Positions 35,332 through 39,743 of a DNA stretch of 39,743 nt are shown here, in pieces. Both the position numbers and the translations under genes were made by a program. The notes beneath the pieces were generated by a model. It saw only the letters and a program-made list of their open reading frames with translations, was not told the origin of the DNA and did no database searches. This DNA is from a virus (lineage: Duplodnaviria; Caudoviricetes): positions 1-39,743 of IMG/VR virus record IMGVR_UViG_3300037424_000096; one strand, written 5' to 3'. The stretch's first letter is position 1. Each line of letters opens with the position of its first letter.

Positions 35332-35957
35332 TCGATAACATACTCCGCTGGAATAATCTTGATTGCACAGACACCAGAAGCAGTCCACAGAATATCGTCG
35401 AAATTAGGGTATACTGTAATCACTCCGTCAGTCCCTACAACAGCGATTGCAGCCTTGAACACACCTCCGTTATCTTTTGATAAAATAGGAATCGTCTGAG
35501 CCACAAGAGGCCAAATCGCGCTAGGCGTACCTGTGAGCGTTTTCGATGTGCTGTTGCTTGTCGCAGTAAGTCCAGTGAGGTCGCCTGTAATAACTACTGT
35601 CGCCCCGACCTGCGAATAATTTATACTTGTTGTGGGGGAAGTTGCTCCCCCTGTCATAGTGGCTACAAATGAGCCTGAGCTAGACGTTGGCACTAATTTA
35701 ATTATCCCGGTGTCATGGTCTGGTATGGTCAGACCACTTACTGTTGCAATCACGTCCTCAGAAATATAAACTGCTTGCGAGAATTTTCCATCAACATCAA
35801 GATGAACAGGATTTACGATAATGTTCCCGTTTACCGAAGCCGAATACAAGGTAGCTTTTGTAGCAGTCTTTACTCCCACGAGTACTGTATAAAAAGTAAC
35901 AGTGGCTCCCGCATAAATTCTGTTAGCTAACGAAAAGTCTTGAATTGAGCTTCGCAT
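35328..35957 (-). CDS. Short virion appendage: anchor domain + fibre-tip-like domain
   Basis: IQDFSLANRIYAGATVTFYT...NPVHLD..GKF; C-terminal NYSQVGATVVI resembles the tail fibre tip. Confidence 0.75.
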   Translation of the reverse strand: MRSSIQDFSLANRIYAGATVTFYTVLVGVKTATKATLYSASVNGNIIVNPVHLDVDGKFSQAVYISEDVIATVSGLTIPDHDTGIIKLVPTSSSGSFVATMTGGATSPTTSINYSQVGATVVITGDLTGLTATSNSTSKTLTGTPSAIWPLVAQTIPILSKDNGGVFKAAIAVVGTDGVITVYPNFDDILWTASGVCAIKIIPAEYVIE

Positions 35958-36680
35958 TTAGAAAGCCCCCTTTGTTCGCTGCGAAGTGGAAGTTTTCTGA
36001 GTGTTGCCGTATATCATCAGGCGCGCAAATGCTGCGCCTGCGATTTGTTCCATGCGCGCAGTTTCGGCTGACGGCAGTGTACGCACTGGCCCTGAGCCAA
36101 TCGTCGCAGCCAAGGACATAATGAGATAAAGCTGCCATTCCTGTGTAAATCCGTGGTCAAGATTTCCCGCGCCAGCGACAGTGCCCCCGGTAAGCGTAGC
36201 AGGATATGACTGGAACACCAGCCTCAAACTGTACGTTCCGTCAGACGGGACAGGATAAACGTAAATGTTTTGATTTGCAGACAGCCTATCAATGTAGACT
36301 TTTTCAGGAGGGCCGCTTGTGGTTTTATCCTCAATCTCTTCGTATTCAGCACGATTGATAAGTTCAAGAGGCTCGTCATTACCACTCGAATCGCGTAAGT
36401 ACGCCTCAACCGGAAACGCCATGCCAGTCGCAGGAAAGTTTACCCCCATCAAAGTTGAGAGTACATAGCTTGAAGTGGCGGCAGTGAGTGTTGAGGTGAC
36501 GGTTACTGGAGTTAGAAAAAATAGTCTGTTTGTGCCTGCGACGTGAGCAACCGTAATGTCCAGCCACTCAATGGCCCTTCGTAATTCGTCAGGGTCAGGC
36601 GCGGTCATGTTCGCGGTAAACGCGCCGATTTTCTCAAGTGCCTTAGTTGCAATTTCAACAACCTTTAACTTGCCGCTCAT
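35958..36680 (-). CDS. Head-to-tail adaptor (P22 gp4/T7 gp11-like position)
   Basis: EIATKALEKIG, SGPPEKVY, IYVYPVP motifs; position after head genes. Confidence 0.75.
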   Translation of the reverse strand: MSGKLKVVEIATKALEKIGAFTANMTAPDPDELRRAIEWLDITVAHVAGTNRLFFLTPVTVTSTLTAATSSYVLSTLMGVNFPATGMAFPVEAYLRDSSGNDEPLELINRAEYEEIEDKTTSGPPEKVYIDRLSANQNIYVYPVPSDGTYSLRLVFQSYPATLTGGTVAGAGNLDHGFTQEWQLYLIMSLAATIGSGPVRTLPSAETARMEQIAGAAFARLMIYGNTQKTSTSQRTKGAF

Positions 36681-36755
36681 TCTCTCTCCCTAAAATTCTT
36701 GCTGGTTACGTTTATCCAGCATGGCTTTTCACACCATCGTATTCCCCTCCCGGAG

Positions 36756-37235
36756 TTATTCTTTTCCGAACATCGCATCGAGTTCGTCGGAGGATGCTCC
36801 CAAATCAACGTCGCCAATTACTTCGGGCGTGATTACGCCGGGTGTAGTGGCATTACGATTTAGGAATTCAATCATGTCGGCAACCGGAGTCTTTTTCGGA
36901 TGGACGGACTCTGAGCCAACGCACAGCTTGCAACGAATGAACAGTGCCTCACGCGACAATTCTGCAAGTTCAGCAATCACGAACCCTGCCGGAATTTGTA
37001 CGTGTGAAGTGTGTTCCTTCTTGGCAACCGGACGCATGACTTTGCCTTCCACGTCCTTTACAACAAAAGCGGGGTCGCACAGGAAACGCATTGCATGGTC
37101 ACGAGGCATCTTGGTGAATTCATTTGCCTTGAGTTCGTAATATGTGACAATGCCACTCTGTTCTGTGATAGCGTGTTTACGCGCAGCGGTTACAGCCAGC
37201 GTGTCAACAACGTATCCGATTTCAATCTCTGGCAT
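36756..37235 (-). CDS. Hypothetical protein in the head module
   Basis: AAGGAG RBS; tiles the operon. Confidence 0.7.
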   Translation of the reverse strand: MPEIEIGYVVDTLAVTAARKHAITEQSGIVTYYELKANEFTKMPRDHAMRFLCDPAFVVKDVEGKVMRPVAKKEHTSHVQIPAGFVIAELAELSREALFIRCKLCVGSESVHPKKTPVADMIEFLNRNATTPGVITPEVIGDVDLGASSDELDAMFGKE

Positions 37236-37260
37236 TTAAGTCTCCTTAATCAGTTGGTTA

Positions 37261-37292
37261 ATAGGGGCTGAAAGTTTCCTTCCAACCCCTAT
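37261..37292 (-). other. 14-bp GNRA-capped RNA hairpin after the capsid genes
   Basis: ATAGGGGTTGGAAG-GAAA-CTTTCAGCCCCTAT; no U-tract. Confidence 0.7.
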
Positions 37293-37323
37293 GATACCAC
37301 ATGACTACTTTGTTTTCAAGCAG

Positions 37324-38010
37324 TTATTCGAGAACAACTGGCAAGATTGCAAAGCCCTTCGCTACCGCAGTTCCGGCACTGGTCGTCACGCTGATGGATT
37401 TCTCCGTAGCTGTGTCGGCAATGTACGGCAAACTGGTACTGAACAGTGCGCCTTCAGTCGCGACCACATGGGCCGCAGCCGCCAACGTGACGGCATTTAC
37501 AAGCCCGTCAGCATCACCACCACCTGCACCACCGGATTCCAGTGTGCCGACAGTGATCGTTTCCGCTGCTTCCAGCGTAGCGACACGGATGCTCAGGCCG
37601 TTGTACTTGCCAAGCACTTGAGAGTGCGCTGGCAGGACGAAGCCTGTATCTGTTTCAGTTGCAGCAGTCAAGTCAACCGCAGCAAAAGGAATCACATAGA
37701 CCTGTGCCTTGGCATACAAATCCACGACAACATCATAGTGACCACCAGTTGCAACGCCCTTCTTAACCACGAATTGCCCATCAGGGGCTTGGATATACAA
37801 GTCCACTTCGGCCACTGTGTTCACCACGTAGAACTCAGCCCCACCTGAAACGAGGGCAACAGCGTTGGACGCTGCCACTCCATTCACATCGGTAAGCGTT
37901 GCCTTCGCAGCACTATCAGCAGTCGCGACATGAACCTGTCCGCCTGTACCCGTAATGGCCTTGCCGTCCTGATCTTTCAGTTGGAAGGTAGTACGCACAT
38001 ATTGTGTCAT
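37324..38010 (-). CDS. Putative capsid decoration/cement protein
   Basis: Ala/Thr/Val-rich beta protein directly after the capsid gene; AGGAGG RBS. Confidence 0.65.
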   Translation of the reverse strand: MTQYVRTTFQLKDQDGKAITGTGGQVHVATADSAAKATLTDVNGVAASNAVALVSGGAEFYVVNTVAEVDLYIQAPDGQFVVKKGVATGGHYDVVVDLYAKAQVYVIPFAAVDLTAATETDTGFVLPAHSQVLGKYNGLSIRVATLEAAETITVGTLESGGAGGGDADGLVNAVTLAAAAHVVATEGALFSTSLPYIADTATEKSISVTTSAGTAVAKGFAILPVVLE

Positions 38011-38025
38011 TTTATCACCCTCCTA

Positions 38026-39135
38026 TTAAGCCGCCGCAGCGGTTTTGATTGAAACGACAGCAGCATCTTCCACAGCATTCGCGTCATACTTCGACTTGTA
38101 CTGAGGTTTCAGCAGCCCGAAAATGTTGGAGATACCAATCCCAACCCTGTTGTCATAGTCCTTGTTATCGGACTCTGCCATTGCCGCCTTGCCGCGCAGT
38201 TCGCACATACCCAAGGCTTGCGCCCCGATAAGTGCAGCTTGTGCGCCATGAACGCTGTTACCAGCACCCCATGCCGTGCCGCCAAGCGTGTGATAAACCT
38301 TTTGGTGTTCGTACAGCACCACACCTTGAATCACAGCCTTCGCATTTGCGAACAGCGGGTTTTGTGAGCCACGCGCTTCAGCTTGAGCCACAATCGCCTT
38401 GTAATCGGCAGACTGAACCAAGTCACGCATTTGCTCAGTGGACATCACGATACAGTAGTACTCGCGTCCAGCTTGACGAATCGGCTGAATTGCTTTACGT
38501 TTCGCGAATGCCGCAGCTTTCACCACGAGATTCCACGTCATCGTATCACTGGCCGTCAGTGATGCTTCAGAGTTTGCCGCGCCGCCGTAGATAATGCGAT
38601 TCGTTGAAGCAGCCGCCACGTCTGCCGCGAATTTCAAGTCGGGCAATTGTGATGCTGCGCGAGTCGCGCCATCGGTGGTAAGCGTATACGCACGTCCAGC
38701 AACCGTCAGGAACATCAGTTCGTCCTTAACGTCTGCCAGCCAGAACGCCAGCTTGTCTTGAGCCTGCGCACGGAACCGGATAACAGTTTCCTGTTCGGCC
38801 ATGCGACCCTTCGATTTCACAGCGTTGCGCAACTGGTCAATGCGAATGGTTTGGGAGTCTGCACCGAGTACAGCTTCGTTCCCTTCCAACTCATTGTCAT
38901 TCACGACACCACTGTTAATGTCCAAGTCGGGAACCAGCGGCATGACCGCCTCAGTACCACGCTCAGTTTCATTCAGTTTGGTCACTTTCGTAACCGGAAG
39001 TCCGGTATTGTTTTCGTCGGTAGATACAAAGCCGTTCGACAGCCAAAAGCTGCGATGCCGTCCCTGTACTGCGACTTGGTCAAGCCAGACACGCTTCTGC
39101 AATGCGCTCAATGCGCCGAATGCAGTAAAAGCCAT
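38026..39135 (-). CDS. Major capsid protein (DUF4043/N4-gp56-like)
   Basis: GVVNDNELEGNE...IRIDQLRNAVKSKGRMAEQ..VIRFR..A...LAFW; NPLF; DYDN; 369 aa after the scaffold. Confidence 0.88.
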   Translation of the reverse strand: MAFTAFGALSALQKRVWLDQVAVQGRHRSFWLSNGFVSTDENNTGLPVTKVTKLNETERGTEAVMPLVPDLDINSGVVNDNELEGNEAVLGADSQTIRIDQLRNAVKSKGRMAEQETVIRFRAQAQDKLAFWLADVKDELMFLTVAGRAYTLTTDGATRAASQLPDLKFAADVAAASTNRIIYGGAANSEASLTASDTMTWNLVVKAAAFAKRKAIQPIRQAGREYYCIVMSTEQMRDLVQSADYKAIVAQAEARGSQNPLFANAKAVIQGVVLYEHQKVYHTLGGTAWGAGNSVHGAQAALIGAQALGMCELRGKAAMAESDNKDYDNRVGIGISNIFGLLKPQYKSKYDANAVEDAAVVSIKTAAAA

Positions 39136-39158
39136 TTGTGCCTCCCTTGGTTAGCGAG

Positions 39159-39743
39159 TTACCTCGCGCTTAACTTATCACGGAGTGCTGGCGGCAGAGA
39201 GTCCAGTAATGCTTCGGCCTGCTCAGTCGTCGTGTTTGGGTCAAACAGCCTGCGAGCAACTTCTGATTCGCTCATTGCCGTAGAGTCCCCTCCGTTCCCT
39301 ATTTTTGTTGCATCCGGCGGCATTCTTTCTTGCAGTTTCAGTTTCGCTTCGAGAGCAGCAGACTTGTCGTTAGACTGGTCTGCAACTGGTTTTGCTGCTT
39401 CTTTTTTTGCCTCCGGCTGATACACTTTGGCCGCAAGTTCCACCATACGCTTACGCAGTTCAAGAGTGCCCGATGCACCGACAAGTCTTACGCCTTCACG
39501 TGCTGCCTGACGAATCGCCAAATCGTAGAACGGGGCCATGTCCTCTTCAGTCAGTTCATTAAGAAACTGATAGTTCTGAGCCAGCTTTGCCGTCTGCTCT
39601 GCGAGGTACAAATCTTCGGTAGGTGCAGTCTGTTGTTGCTGCTGCTTGGGTTGTTTGCGTTCAAGACGAATCTCGAACACCTCTTCTTCCAGTACCGCCC
39701 TCTTGTCCTCGTAATCTTCGATTGTCATTTCACCCGCGTCAAC
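39159..39743 (-). CDS. Capsid scaffolding protein (5' end outside the window)
   Basis: Charged helical protein upstream of the capsid gene; frame open to the window edge. Confidence 0.7.
   Translation of the reverse strand, partial: VDAGEMTIEDYEDKRAVLEEEVFEIRLERKQPKQQQQQTAPTEDLYLAEQTAKLAQNYQFLNELTEEDMAPFYDLAIRQAAREGVRLVGASGTLELRKRMVELAAKVYQPEAKKEAAKPVADQSNDKSAALEAKLKLQERMPPDATKIGNGGDSTAMSESEVARRLFDPNTTTEQAEALLDSLPPALRDKLSAR

Noticed and set aside
25363-35957. Diversity-generating retroelement or invertible tail cassette
   Set aside because: No reverse transcriptase or invertase, and no near-identical DNA repeat pair seen; similarity is at the protein level.
38010-38040. Capsid read-through or frameshift into the decoration gene
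   Set aside because: Double stop TAA TAG, no slippery sequence, and the next gene has its own AGGAGG.
11154-39420. Many plus-strand ORFs antisense to the virion module (e.g. 16527-17120, 37291-37848, 38758-39420)
   Set aside because: Shadows of well-supported minus-strand genes; no convincing RBS or motifs.

Overview
This window is most of the genome of a compact tailed dsDNA phage with a podovirus-like virion. Terminase, portal and any integrase or repressor are not in the window, so lifestyle and host cannot be called; sigma70-type promoters and a GH24 endolysin are compatible with a Gram-negative host. Layout: (1) 1-6751, minus strand: early/accessory operon with initiator tRNA, SF2 helicase, Zn-finger/TOPRIM primase, ASCH-like, HExxH and HslV-like proteases, Ref-like HNH nuclease and metallophosphoesterase. 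(2) 6900-11075, plus strand: Sak/Rad52-like annealing protein, PD-(D/E)xK nuclease and family B DNA polymerase, read from a divergent promoter pair. (3) 11076-39743, minus strand: scaffold, DUF4043/N4-gp56-like capsid, adaptor, four appendages sharing one N-terminal anchor domain, an embedded lysis cassette, nozzle, tail fibre, ejection proteins and a 3487-aa polyvalent protein. The giant gene is the main interest. It strings together three ADP-ribosyltransferase-like domains, an intact plus a degenerate JAB domain, a GNAT-like domain, an HExxH peptidase, a SAM-lyase-like domain and LPD38, with recurring (Q/L)-(Y/F)-S motifs at several boundaries. It has its own near-consensus promoter and hides two tandem +1-frame genes with perfect AGGAGG ribosome-binding sites. 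By eye, CCWGG is absent from the window and GATC is scarce. All family assignments come from motif recognition; no database search was run.
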